The notes below the pieces were generated by a model. The model saw only the letters and a program-made list of their open reading frames with translations. It ran no database searches and was not told the DNA's origin. 64,000 bases of DNA, from positions 226,678 to 290,677 of the forward strand of contig JAOPTT010000010.1 in the NCBI GenBank assembly GCA_051531975.1, given 5' to 3'. Made by a program: the position numbers and the translations under genes. Positions 21,384-32,002 of this stretch are shown here, piece by piece. Positions within the stretch are counted from its first letter, which is position 1. Every line of letters starts with the position of its first letter. The stretch is from Spirochaetaceae bacterium. GTDB lineage: Bacteria; Spirochaetota; Spirochaetia; DSM-2461.

Positions 21384-22319
21384 TTAAAGGTAATCATCAA
21401 CATTTGAAGCATCTATAATAAAACCATCAATTGGTAGGAATGCATTAAAGTCTTCACCGTTAATTTGCTTAATAAGGTTACTAACACACTCTTTAGCCAT
21501 TGTTTCATTGTCCTGCTTAATTGTTGCAGTTACTTCACCTGACTTAATAGACTTAAGGTTAGCAGGATTACCATCAAACCCAACAATTACAACATCGCCT
21601 AAAACACCTTTCTCTTTAACAGCTGCTAGTGCTGAAAGTGCTCCTGGATCCCACGCTGAGAATATTGCAACAATGTCTGAGTTTGCATTTAACTCGTTTG
21701 TAGCAGTTTCATATGCTTTTGCATCATCCCAGTCACAAGCTCTAAAAATAACTTCGTATCCGGCAGCTTCAACAACATTTTTAACACCATCTCTTCTTGC
21801 ATTACCAGTTTGGTGACCTAATGTTCCACCAAGTATTAAAACTTTACCAAGTTCTGTATTCTCTACAATATATTTACCTGCAACAGCTGCAGATTTAAGG
21901 TTATCTGTCTGAACTAAACTTGTAACCTGTGGGTTATCTATTTGTGTATCAACAGCTGCAACATATATTCCGGCAGCTTTAGCTTTATTTAGTGAATCTT
22001 CAAATGCTCTATTATCAACTGAACCGATAATAATTCCATCTACTCCACGAATAATTGCATTATCAAATGCGTTTTTCTGTAATGTAGCATCTGGCTCTGT
22101 TGGAGTTAGGTTAATAAACTTAACACCCTGAGCTTTTGCAGCTTCTTCTGCAACATTTCCTAAAGTAATCCAGAATGGAGTTGTATTGGAATATCCGATA
22201 TAAGCAATTGTAATTACATCTTCACCAACTTCTTCTTTTTGACCATTTGCAAATAAAGTAGAAAAACTACTTAACAACATTACCAAACACAACGCAATAA
22301 ATCTCTGATTTCTTTTCAT
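21384..22319 (-). CDS. Ribose-type sugar ABC substrate-binding protein
   Basis: FANGQKE signal, TDN..A, VGFDG. Confidence 0.9.
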   Translation of the reverse strand: MKRNQRFIALCLVMLLSSFSTLFANGQKEEVGEDVITIAYIGYSNTTPFWITLGNVAEEAAKAQGVKFINLTPTEPDATLQKNAFDNAIIRGVDGIIIGSVDNRAFEDSLNKAKAAGIYVAAVDTQIDNPQVTSLVQTDNLKSAAVAGKYIVENTELGKVLILGGTLGHQTGNARRDGVKNVVEAAGYEVIFRACDWDDAKAYETATNELNANSDIVAIFSAWDPGALSALAAVKEKGVLGDVVIVGFDGNPANLKSIKSGEVTATIKQDNETMAKECVSNLIKQINGEDFNAFLPIDGFIIDASNVDDYL

Positions 22320-22376
22320 CTAAAATTCTCCTATGTATATTTTATCCGGAAAACCGGATTTTAAAAACAAATTAAC

Positions 22377-23327
22377 TTAAGCTTTCGCTTCCTTTTTTCT
22401 CTGAACAGTATCAAACCAAACAGCTGCTATAATAACTAGACCTATACTTATTCTCTGCCATGATGAACCTACACCTAAGTGACTTAAACCAGCATTTAAA
22501 GTATTAATAATAAGCACACCTATAACAGTTCGACCTACTCCACCAATACCACCAGCCATACTTGTTCCACCGATAATTACAGCAGCGATACAGTTTAGTT
22601 CCATACCGTTACCCCAGGTACTCTGAACAAAATCTAATCGACTTGATTGAATAAGTGCACCTACAGCAGCAAAAACACCACCCATGGAATAAAATAGAAT
22701 GTTATATTTAGTAATTGGTATACCTGCTAATCTTGAAACTTCAGTATTTCCACCAATTGCAAAACAGTTATATCCAGGCTTAGTTTTTTTAAGGAAGAAG
22801 GCAACAATACCAAAACATGAAGCCATGATAAGAATAGGTATTACATATCCACTTCCTATTAGTCCAAAACTATCTGGGAAAGCTGACATATCTTTACCAG
22901 ATGCCATAATTTCAGCTACTCCACGATAAGCTTTCATCATCCCTAGTGTCCCGATAAAGGATGGGATTCCGGTAATCTGAATTATCGTACCATTTAAAAG
23001 ACCACAAAATAGACCAATACCAAGACCTAAAAGTATTGCTAAAGGAACTGGCATTCCAGCGGATAAAAATCCACCAACACTTACTGCGACAAGAGCCATA
23101 ATACTACCAATAGATAGATCCAAACCTCCTGCAATAATAACAATTGTTGTTCCTGCAGCCATTGCTCCAAGAATTGTAGACTGTGTTAAAATTGTCTTAA
23201 AAGTATTAAATCCTCTGAATGTAGGTGCTAATATCATAAATAATCCATAGATTAAAAATAATCCGATAAGGGATTGCATCCCTTTTAACATCTCTTTATG
23301 TGTATCAGTTAACTGAACAGTTTTCAT
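22377..23327 (-). CDS. Ribose-type ABC permease (start at MKTVQ)
   Basis: GGLDLSIGS, AIGGN..V.RLAGI, IAAVIIGGTS. Confidence 0.92.
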   Translation of the reverse strand: MKTVQLTDTHKEMLKGMQSLIGLFLIYGLFMILAPTFRGFNTFKTILTQSTILGAMAAGTTIVIIAGGLDLSIGSIMALVAVSVGGFLSAGMPVPLAILLGLGIGLFCGLLNGTIIQITGIPSFIGTLGMMKAYRGVAEIMASGKDMSAFPDSFGLIGSGYVIPILIMASCFGIVAFFLKKTKPGYNCFAIGGNTEVSRLAGIPITKYNILFYSMGGVFAAVGALIQSSRLDFVQSTWGNGMELNCIAAVIIGGTSMAGGIGGVGRTVIGVLIINTLNAGLSHLGVGSSWQRISIGLVIIAAVWFDTVQRKKEAKA

Positions 23328-23349
23328 TTTTTCCCCCGTAATTTTATTC

Positions 23350-24846
23350 TTAGTTGCTGCCAATTGCTGCACGTAATATATCCTCTTCTGTGGCTTCACC
23401 ACGTTTGAAAACCTTCTTAATTTGACCCCTATATAGAACAACAACTTTATGCCCCATTTCTAAAGCTTCTGTATAATCACTGGTTAACATAAGAATACCA
23501 ATTCCCTGATCAAGAAGTTCATTCATCAAAGAATAAACCCCTGCACGACCTAAAATATCAATACCTCTTGTAGGTTCATCAAATAGTAGTACACGACTTT
23601 GAGTTCCAAGCCATTTTGCAATAACAGCCTTTTGCTGATTACCACCAGAGAGCTGCCCTGCTTTAGTATTTTTACTTGGAGCTTTAACTTTTAAAGCCTT
23701 CATGTAACCAGTTATTTCACGATCAATTTCTTTCTTATTTATCAGACCAAACTTTGATAATCTAGGCGAATTAGGCAATCCGTAATTATCCATTATTGAG
23801 TGTGGCAAAATAAGACCTAAACCTTTTCTATCTTCACTTAGATAGGCCATTCCAGCAGCAATAGACTTTTCTGGTGATGAAAAATCAACCTCTTTACCTT
23901 CAACAAAAACCACACCATCATCAATTGGATCAATTCCACATACAGCTCTAGCCAGCTCAGTTTTACCCGCACCCATTAAGCCTGTAACACTTACAATTTC
24001 ACCTCTTTTAACACTTAGTGTAATACCATTTAGTTTATTACCCTGCCTGATATTCTCTACTCGTAAAACCTCAACATCTTCCGGTTTATTTAGTTCTGGA
24101 TACTGCTTCTGAACTGATTCTCCAATCATCTCCTCGATCATTTCATCCAGAGTAATATCACAAATATTGTGAACCCCGGCATTTTTTCCATCCCGAAGAA
24201 TTGTAACCCTGTCACCAAGGTCATGAACCTCCTGATATCTGTGGGAGATGTAGATAAAACCTACATTATTGTGTTTCTTCAAATCTTGAATTGCTTCAAA
24301 TAGGTCGTTTCTAGAACGATCTTCTAAAACATCTGTAGGTTCATCAAGAACCAATACTTTTGCATCAGTTACTAATGCTCTAGCAATCTCAACAAGTTTC
24401 TGCTGAGTAACACTAAGACTTCCTACAATTGCCTTAGGTTTAAGATCGATATGAAACTTCTTTAAATATTTTTCAGTCTCACTGTAAAGTTTTTTACTAT
24501 CAACTAAACCTCTTTTTAAAGGTTCAACACCTAAAAACATATTTCTTGCAATATCAAGTTCTGGAACAAGATTTACTTCCTGATAGATAAACCGTAATCC
24601 AAGATCCAGTGGATCCTGTGGTGAGTTAAACTCAACCTCTTTACCTTCAATGTAAATTTGTCCTCCATCTAGTTTATGGGCACCGGATAATACTTTAATT
24701 AAAGTACTTTTACCTGCTCCATTTTCACCTAGAAGCATATGGATTTCACCAGCCTTTAACTGAAAATCCACATTGTCCAGAGCCAATACCCCTGGAAACT
24801 TTTTGACTATACCCTTCATCTCTATAAGGAATTGATTCTCTAACAT
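23350..24846 (-). CDS. RbsA-type dual-domain sugar ABC ATPase
   Basis: GENGAGKST, LSGGNQQK, DEPTRGID. Confidence 0.95.
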   Translation of the reverse strand: MLENQFLIEMKGIVKKFPGVLALDNVDFQLKAGEIHMLLGENGAGKSTLIKVLSGAHKLDGGQIYIEGKEVEFNSPQDPLDLGLRFIYQEVNLVPELDIARNMFLGVEPLKRGLVDSKKLYSETEKYLKKFHIDLKPKAIVGSLSVTQQKLVEIARALVTDAKVLVLDEPTDVLEDRSRNDLFEAIQDLKKHNNVGFIYISHRYQEVHDLGDRVTILRDGKNAGVHNICDITLDEMIEEMIGESVQKQYPELNKPEDVEVLRVENIRQGNKLNGITLSVKRGEIVSVTGLMGAGKTELARAVCGIDPIDDGVVFVEGKEVDFSSPEKSIAAGMAYLSEDRKGLGLILPHSIMDNYGLPNSPRLSKFGLINKKEIDREITGYMKALKVKAPSKNTKAGQLSGGNQQKAVIAKWLGTQSRVLLFDEPTRGIDILGRAGVYSLMNELLDQGIGILMLTSDYTEALEMGHKVVVLYRGQIKKVFKRGEATEEDILRAAIGSN

Positions 24847-24904
24847 TTCTTATCCTTAGTTTTAATCTTAATAAGTTATTATCATGCTGAAATTCACTGC
24901 TGAG

Positions 24905-24944
24905 AATTGAAATATCTGACCAGAAAATTGAAATATCTGACCAG
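24905..24944 (-). promoter_or_regulatory. Tandem 19-bp direct repeat, probable response-regulator binding site
   Basis: AATTGAAATATCTGACCAG x2, 21-bp period, upstream of ABC operon. Confidence 0.7.
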
Positions 24945-24957
24945 TTATAATATTCTC

Positions 24958-26814
24958 TTAAACTTTTGTTTTAAAGAATCCAATCTCTTCTCCAATTCGT
25001 TCCGCTACAAATCCAATTGTTTCAGAGAGTTTATCAATATTAGTAATTGCTTCAGATATTCCACCAATATCATAGGAGATTTGGTTTATACCTGAGCTCA
25101 CATTTCCTGAGATATCCTGGACATTCTCTACTGCATTTTGAACCAGTCTAGATTGATCTGTCATCTCTTCTGAGTCATTACGTACATCTAATGCTAAATT
25201 CTGTAGAGAGTTCATAGCAGAGAGAATAACTTCCCCTCCAGCTTTTAACTCCACCATACTTGAACTTATTTCTCCCATAGAACTAAAAAGTTCCTCAACT
25301 TCTTTTACTGTCTGCCTAAATGTAATAAGTGTAATATCACTAGATGAAGAAGCATTTTGAATATCCCCAATAATCTCTTTTAATGATTTACTTACATCCT
25401 GGGAGTTCATGGTTGAAGCCTCTGCTAGTTTACGTATTTCATCAGAAACTACAGCAAATCCCTTACCATATTCCCCGGCATGGGCTGCTTCTATTGCTGC
25501 ATTCATAGCTAGTAGATTAGTCTGGGATGAGACACTGTTTATTACCGATATCATATCTTTTATAGCATCGATACTACTGTTAACTTTTTGTATATTTGAT
25601 GAGGTATCAATTAGCTGACTATTTCCACTTTCCATAGACTTAATTAGTAGAGTTAAGCTATTCAATTTTATATTTGTTACATTTTCAACACTTACTATAG
25701 AAGCGATCATCTCATTTATTGCTGCTGTAGACTCTTCTATCATAGTAGTTTGCTCCAAAATGCTCATATTAAGGCTCTCAATTTTATCTGTAATAAATTT
25801 AACAGATTCAAATGACTGTTTTGCTGTATTATCTAGATGTTCAATATTTTTTTTCATTTCACTTGATTTTAAGAGTATTGAGCGACTTGAGTTATCTGTA
25901 TCTTTCACCTGGTTAATAAGTTTTTCCCTTACTTCTAAGTTTTCGATGGAAATACCTTTAATCCGATTAATTATGCCCTTAATATTGCCCTGAAAATGTT
26001 TAAGATTGTTATTAAGCCTTGCTAAATCATCCTTTGATTTTATTGTAGTAGTAGATGTAAGATCACCTTCTTTTAAACGGTCTATAAACATCTCAATATT
26101 TTTAATATTAAGTATAATATTATTAGCAAAAAGAACACTTATTAAAAAAATCAGTAGTAGAATCACTAAAATTGCTATAGCGATTATGGTATAAATATTC
26201 CTATTTATTTTTTTTACCTCAATATCTATCAAGGTAAATTGATCATCTATAACTGAAATTGAACTGTCTAGAGATGTCTGGTATATGGAGTGTTGCTGCA
26301 ATAGTTCAGTAAAAATAGTATTGAATTTCTTAAGTTGACTCTCTTCTGCATTTTCTAAAAAAAATGATCCCTGGTATATTTTCATAAAGTAGAAGGATTC
26401 AGACATTAAAAAGACCTCTTGTATTACCTCCCGGAACTTTAAATCCGTTTCCCTAAGACTGGATATTCCACTTTGTTTAAGTTCATTTAATCTTGAGATC
26501 ATATCAAGAGAGTTAGAAATAGCTGAACTTTTTAGACGTATATACTTTATATTATCAAGATCTTTAAATATCACATTAGTTTGATCCAATACCAAATAAA
26601 ACTCTTCAAATGTCTGAATATATGCAGACTGTCCCAATAAAAGATTAATAAGCATTTTTTCTTGGAGGATACTACTGTTAAGTGATTGTAGTATTGCTGT
26701 TTCACTGTTAATTGTTCTTATAGGTTTTAAAGCGATAAACGCTCCTGCGGCTATAAATACAAATGAGAAAAGAATTGAAGATATTAGAGTAATTAATTTT
26801 GTTTTAATAGACAT
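24958..26814 (-). CDS. Methyl-accepting chemotaxis protein
   Basis: QTNLLAMNAAIEAAHAGEYGKGFAVVSDEIRKLAE. Confidence 0.95.
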   Translation of the reverse strand: MSIKTKLITLISSILFSFVFIAAGAFIALKPIRTINSETAILQSLNSSILQEKMLINLLLGQSAYIQTFEEFYLVLDQTNVIFKDLDNIKYIRLKSSAISNSLDMISRLNELKQSGISSLRETDLKFREVIQEVFLMSESFYFMKIYQGSFFLENAEESQLKKFNTIFTELLQQHSIYQTSLDSSISVIDDQFTLIDIEVKKINRNIYTIIAIAILVILLLIFLISVLFANNIILNIKNIEMFIDRLKEGDLTSTTTIKSKDDLARLNNNLKHFQGNIKGIINRIKGISIENLEVREKLINQVKDTDNSSRSILLKSSEMKKNIEHLDNTAKQSFESVKFITDKIESLNMSILEQTTMIEESTAAINEMIASIVSVENVTNIKLNSLTLLIKSMESGNSQLIDTSSNIQKVNSSIDAIKDMISVINSVSSQTNLLAMNAAIEAAHAGEYGKGFAVVSDEIRKLAEASTMNSQDVSKSLKEIIGDIQNASSSSDITLITFRQTVKEVEELFSSMGEISSSMVELKAGGEVILSAMNSLQNLALDVRNDSEEMTDQSRLVQNAVENVQDISGNVSSGINQISYDIGGISEAITNIDKLSETIGFVAERIGEEIGFFKTKV

Positions 26815-26858
26815 AATGTAACCCCTGGATAATTATCCAGCTGAGTTACACTATTGAG

Positions 26859-26898
26859 AATTGAAATATCTGTCACGATTATTGATTATCCTGACCAG
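26859..26898 (-). promoter_or_regulatory. Degenerate copy of the same tandem repeat upstream of the MCP gene
   Basis: AATTGAAATATCTGTCAC and TATTGATTATCCTGACCAG, 21-bp period. Confidence 0.6.
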
Positions 26899-26911
26899 AT
26901 TTATATTTTAA

Positions 26912-27895
26912 TTACTTGTTTTGTATTGGAAAGAGGATTTTCTGATTTTCCACTGTAAACATATTCTCTTTGTTAATAACTAAATGTCCAGTATCAAGAA
27001 AATTAATGGTATCTTCTTTATTAATAATTTCGATTGCTGATTTAATACCAAGATATCCAACATTAAAAGGTTTTTGGGCTATGGTCTCTTTTATTATGTC
27101 CTTTTGAATATAACCTAAGATATCTAAAGAGCTTCCAAATCCAATAAGAGTAACATCTCCACTTCGATTCATCTCTTCTATAGCCATAGCGGCACCTATA
27201 GTTACAGTATTATTAAGTGTAACAATGCATTTTAAACCTGTAACTCTTTTAAGTAGATTTAATGTCTGATTGTATGAAACCTCTATACTTCCACCACTAT
27301 AATAAGTTGGAAATAGGTTCATATCACCATTAAGTGTATCTAATATTCCTTTCTCTCTATCTATTGCTGTAGAGGAACCCTGGGTAAAACTTAAAATGGC
27401 CAAAAGTGAATCAGGTCTAAGATTTTCAAGAACTCTTTTTCCTGCACTTTCTCCAGCAGCATAGTTATCCATACCTATTCGGCCATCCCCAATCATCTCC
27501 TCTGCAAAAGAGTCTATAAAAACTAGTGGGATCTTCTTATTTATAATTTTATTAATTACTGGTATAACAAATCTATTATCAGTGGCTGCAACTATAACAG
27601 CATCTGGATTAAGTTCCGGTATTCTCTCTAAAATCTCTATCTGTCCAAAAATATCATTTTCATCGTCTGTGCCAAGTATTTCCAGATTAATATTAAAATC
27701 TGTAGCTGCAGTATTTAAACCCTCAATAACAGATGACCACATTGAACCATCACTAGGGTTAAGGGATTTAAGTACAACAATTATTGATAATTGTTCTTTC
27801 TTCTTATCAGTTATATCGTTCCATTTTGTATTAATAAATAATAAAAGTAGGATTAAACATAATATAAAAATTAGAACTCTGCTTATTTTACCCAT
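26912..27895 (-). CDS. Sugar-binding sensory accessory protein
   Basis: Periplasmic binding protein type 1 fold motifs; in operon with kinase. Confidence 0.85.
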   Translation of the reverse strand: MGKISRVLIFILCLILLLLFINTKWNDITDKKKEQLSIIVVLKSLNPSDGSMWSSVIEGLNTAATDFNINLEILGTDDENDIFGQIEILERIPELNPDAVIVAATDNRFVIPVINKIINKKIPLVFIDSFAEEMIGDGRIGMDNYAAGESAGKRVLENLRPDSLLAILSFTQGSSTAIDREKGILDTLNGDMNLFPTYYSGGSIEVSYNQTLNLLKRVTGLKCIVTLNNTVTIGAAMAIEEMNRSGDVTLIGFGSSLDILGYIQKDIIKETIAQKPFNVGYLGIKSAIEIINKEDTINFLDTGHLVINKENMFTVENQKILFPIQNK

Positions 27896-29637
27896 GTTTC
27901 ACCTCCTAATATTATTGGAAGAGATATAGTTACTACAGTACCCTCATTTAAAATACTTTTATATGTGACTCCGTATTCATCACCAAAAAAGAGTTTAATT
28001 CTTTGCCGCACATTATATATTCCTATACCACTTGTTCCAGAGGAAGGCTGCTGAACCTCGTCCAACTTTTTTATATCTTCTTCGCTTAATCCCGAACCGT
28101 TATCGGAGACAGTAAAAACTAGACGATTCAACTCTTTATACCCTCTAATTTTTATAGAACCTGGTCCCTTTTTTGTTTTAATTCCATGATAAATAGCATT
28201 TTCAACAAATGGCTGAATAAGTAGCTTTAAAGTCTGATATTCATAAATCTCTTTATCAACATCAATTTCATAATCCAATGTATCTTTATATCTTAATTTC
28301 TGTATTGTCAGATAACTTTTAATATGGTCTGTAACACTTCGGACACTAATAATATCCCGCCCTTTACTAATTCCTAACCTGAAAAAACGTGCCAGAGCTG
28401 TTGTCATATCAATAGCATCTTCATTTTCATCACATTCTATCATCCAGATAATGGAATCAAGGGTATTATATAAAAAGTGAGGGTTAATCTGTGCCTGCAA
28501 AGCCCGTAACTCATGTTTTCTTTTATACTCTTGTTCTTTTTTAATTTCAAATATTAATTCTCTAATTTTTTTAACTGCAAAATTAAAGTCATGTGCCAGC
28601 TCTGCAACTTCTAAATGCCCCTCTTCTGGAACAGAAAATGAAAAATCCCCTTTATTAATGTTTTCCATAGATGCTCTAAGGTTTTGAATTGGTTGGGAAA
28701 TCTTTCTAGATATAATAACAGATATAAACATTAATACTATAAAAAATATTATCCCAATTAGAGTATAGATAAATTGAACTCTTTCTCTACTTAGATATAA
28801 CTCATCTAAATATGATACACCTACAATAGTCCAACCTGTTTCGCTAGAAGATATGGTTGTATATATTAACTCTTCACCATCGATCACTGTATTAAAACTA
28901 CTATTTCTATTCTCTAATACTTCAATTATCTTTTCACTTTTTAAGTCACTATAGATAAGTTGTTGTCTTGGATGATATATAATTTCACCCTGATCGTTTA
29001 TTATAAAAACATAACCTCTCTCTCCAAGTTTTATATTTTTACTTAACTCCTCTAATACTGCATAATTAAGGTCTACAAGAACTACACCTATCTTATTGTT
29101 GCTGGTAGGATCAACTACTTCCCGACTTAATGAAATAACCCAGTTATATTGGTCTAAAATTAGGTTCTGTACATGGGCAGATGTAATAAAACCCCTCTGG
29201 GTAATACTTGATGCTTCTGAATACCAGTTTAGCTGCTTCCAGTTAAGTGAATAATTAATTACATCATCTCGATTATCTGTAAGGATTTCACCTTTATCAC
29301 CTGCTATCATAATTGATTCAATATCGCTACGTACACTTATAATTTCAGATAAAAATTCATGTACGTTATCTATATAACTTTCATCATTCTGATTATTTAA
29401 ATAGTCTTTAACACTGGAATTTGAAAATACTACATGTGCCATATCATCCATATAAGATATGTAATTCTCTATAACCAGATTTAGTTGGGAAATTGCCTGA
29501 TTTGCATTATTACTTGTAATACTTTTTACTACAGATCCTGTAACATAATATGATGAGAAGTTCATTAAAAGTATGACTATAATTAACATAGAGGAGAAAG
29601 TGATAATGATTGTAGAACGAATACTAAACTTCATCAA
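27883..29637 (-). CDS. YesM-like sensor histidine kinase
   Basis: LQAQINPHFLYNTLDSI, QPFVENAIYHG, SDNGSG. Confidence 0.95.
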   Translation of the reverse strand: MMKFSIRSTIIITFSSMLIIVILLMNFSSYYVTGSVVKSITSNNANQAISQLNLVIENYISYMDDMAHVVFSNSSVKDYLNNQNDESYIDNVHEFLSEIISVRSDIESIMIAGDKGEILTDNRDDVINYSLNWKQLNWYSEASSITQRGFITSAHVQNLILDQYNWVISLSREVVDPTSNNKIGVVLVDLNYAVLEELSKNIKLGERGYVFIINDQGEIIYHPRQQLIYSDLKSEKIIEVLENRNSSFNTVIDGEELIYTTISSSETGWTIVGVSYLDELYLSRERVQFIYTLIGIIFFIVLMFISVIISRKISQPIQNLRASMENINKGDFSFSVPEEGHLEVAELAHDFNFAVKKIRELIFEIKKEQEYKRKHELRALQAQINPHFLYNTLDSIIWMIECDENEDAIDMTTALARFFRLGISKGRDIISVRSVTDHIKSYLTIQKLRYKDTLDYEIDVDKEIYEYQTLKLLIQPFVENAIYHGIKTKKGPGSIKIRGYKELNRLVFTVSDNGSGLSEEDIKKLDEVQQPSSGTSGIGIYNVRQRIKLFFGDEYGVTYKSILNEGTVVTISLPIILGGETWVK

Positions 29638-31250
29638 TTGGCTTCATCTAGTGATTTTTTATAGGTGGATAAAGTCTGACCTGTAATTTTTTTAAAAACA
29701 GTAGAAAAATATAGTGGGTCTTTATACCCTACCTTTTCAGCAATTTCATAACTTTTTAGGTTTGAGGATCTTAAAAGTGATTTTGCAGTTTCTATTCTGT
29801 AGTCAGTTAAATAAGATATAAATGTTTTACCTGTATGTTTTTTGAAAATCCGGCTTAAATAACCTGAACTGATATAGAGTTCTTGGCTGACCTGATCAAT
29901 TGTTAGTTCTTTTTCACTATAAGCGTTTTCAATAAACCTTCTTGCTTCAATAATTTTTTGTCCAGAAAAGTCCTGTCTTTTACCTTTAAGATTTTCAAAT
30001 ATTACAGATAAAATCCTGTTTAAAAGATCCTTTGATCCTTCCATAGTAGGTAGATCAGATTTAAGTTGCAAAAGATCTCTGTCCATTACTGTTAAAGATG
30101 ATAAAAAGTCCATGTTTTCCAGCAGATTAAGTACAGAGAGAAATAGTTTTCTTGTTTCCATCTCTATTCTATCAATTGGTAAGTTCAAACCAACTAATAT
30201 GTCCATATATTTTAATATGTCCTCTTTCCCCTGCTCAATAGAACCAGACGCAAACCTCTCGAGTAGGATCTCCAACCTTTTATTTAGATCATAGGAGACA
30301 TCACTGCTATTAAACTGTTTTTCCACATAATATATTATTGATCCCCTACCATATATAAAACGGTGCTGAAGGGCATTTAAAGATTCATTATATGACCTTG
30401 GTATCGATTCAAGTTTTTTATGAACTTTTCCAACACCAATAGTTATTGTACATCCTGGTATTTCTTCAACTTTTTCCAATATTCTATCTGGTAGCGATCT
30501 TATATCTAAACTTAGTTGAGCAGGATTAAGATCTGATAAAAGTAGTATCAATCGGCCTCTTGGACTAAAAAAGATATCCATCCCCTTTTTACCAACATAA
30601 AGATCTTCTACTTCATTTTTAATTGCTAATAGAAAAAGAGGCAAACTCATACCTTCAGGTAGTGTCTCGTTACTATCAAATGTATCAGGTTGTAGTACCA
30701 TTACTGCAAAAGCTAACTTTTTATAATGACCACCATAGGTATTAGTAAAATTATCTATCTCGTGATTATCGGTATGTCCAAATATAATACTTGTTAGGAA
30801 TTGCCTGACTAATAGGCTTTTATTCTGAATTTCAATGGATTTTAAATTTTCCCAAGCATCTGCAGTTTCCCTATCTTTATCAAGTTTCTCTTTTAATTTT
30901 ATTAATAGAACTTTTAACTCTTTTCGGTTAATTGGTTTAAGGATATATTCATAGACTCTATTTTGAATAGCTTTTTGTGCATAATCGAATTCATCATATC
31001 CACTTAATATTAATATGACGATAGATGGGTACTCCTGGGCTATTATAGTAGCAGCTTCTAGTCCATCAACTTCAGGCATACATATATCAGTTAAGACAAC
31101 ATCAGGTTCAAACTTTTTTACTTTTTCTAAGAGTTCTGCACCATTTTTACATGAGGGAAGAAACTCGAAACCAAGTTCGGTCCAATCAATTTTATTCTCA
31201 AATCCTCTACGTATAATCTCTTCGTCATCTGCTATTAGTATTTTGTACAT
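29634..31250 (-). CDS. YesN-like AraC-family response regulator
   Basis: Receiver IADDE/TDICMP; C-terminal AraC HTH (IAEKVGY..YFSTVFKK). Confidence 0.95.
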   Translation of the reverse strand: MYKILIADDEEIIRRGFENKIDWTELGFEFLPSCKNGAELLEKVKKFEPDVVLTDICMPEVDGLEAATIIAQEYPSIVILILSGYDEFDYAQKAIQNRVYEYILKPINRKELKVLLIKLKEKLDKDRETADAWENLKSIEIQNKSLLVRQFLTSIIFGHTDNHEIDNFTNTYGGHYKKLAFAVMVLQPDTFDSNETLPEGMSLPLFLLAIKNEVEDLYVGKKGMDIFFSPRGRLILLLSDLNPAQLSLDIRSLPDRILEKVEEIPGCTITIGVGKVHKKLESIPRSYNESLNALQHRFIYGRGSIIYYVEKQFNSSDVSYDLNKRLEILLERFASGSIEQGKEDILKYMDILVGLNLPIDRIEMETRKLFLSVLNLLENMDFLSSLTVMDRDLLQLKSDLPTMEGSKDLLNRILSVIFENLKGKRQDFSGQKIIEARRFIENAYSEKELTIDQVSQELYISSGYLSRIFKKHTGKTFISYLTDYRIETAKSLLRSSNLKSYEIAEKVGYKDPLYFSTVFKKITGQTLSTYKKSLDEAN

Positions 31251-31328
31251 GTGTTATCTTAGTTTCATAAAACAAAATCGGTCAAGCAAAATCTTGACCT
31301 AACTTATTTATTTCCTTTATTTATAGAA

Positions 31329-31916
31329 TCATTTTTTTTTCTGATCAACTTGTTCAAAAAAATATGCCCTTAGCTTATTTCTCATGGAAGTTATAATGTC
31401 GTAATACTCTGTTAAATTCCAATTTACATAGGATTTATAATCAAAAGAGTCTTCATAGGCGTCGCTTATTTTTCCAGGGTTTATACGTTCAGGGTATTTT
31501 CCATAAAGAATAAAGTCTTTTAGTCGCCTTGCTATTCTTATTTCCATTTCTGTTAATTGAATTGGTATGTTTGTATTTATTAATGCAAAAATATCATTTG
31601 AGAATTTTATTTTTCCAGTATTAGGTATCCACTTCCTAGGATTCTGAAGAATTAGTATAGCTTTAACTAAAAGCTCACAGGAAAATGCTAAATTATATAT
31701 AATAGGAGTATTTATATTCATATATGATCTTAGTTCTTTAGACTGATTTTTATCTTTCTCTTCAAGATCTGAGCCTTCAAATTTACTATAATATAAGTTT
31801 TTACAATTCTGTCTTGTAGATAACAGTGCCTTACCTGCATAATAAAATTCTTCACTTCTAATCCACCACCCAGCTGGATTTCTTACCTGTTCTAGCTGTA
31901 AAAGCTCATCGCTCAT
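31329..31916 (-). CDS. Hypothetical protein, possibly HEPN-like helical domain
   Basis: AFSCELLVKAIL helix resembles HEPN-type E..LK motif. Confidence 0.5.
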   Translation of the reverse strand: MSDELLQLEQVRNPAGWWIRSEEFYYAGKALLSTRQNCKNLYYSKFEGSDLEEKDKNQSKELRSYMNINTPIIYNLAFSCELLVKAILILQNPRKWIPNTGKIKFSNDIFALINTNIPIQLTEMEIRIARRLKDFILYGKYPERINPGKISDAYEDSFDYKSYVNWNLTEYYDIITSMRNKLRAYFFEQVDQKKK

Positions 31917-32002
31917 TAAATTGCTCCTGATATTTATTCTTTAAACCTTCTATCTATTAATTATACACCATTTTTACCTTCTGTTGTATCACACCCCTTT
32001 AA

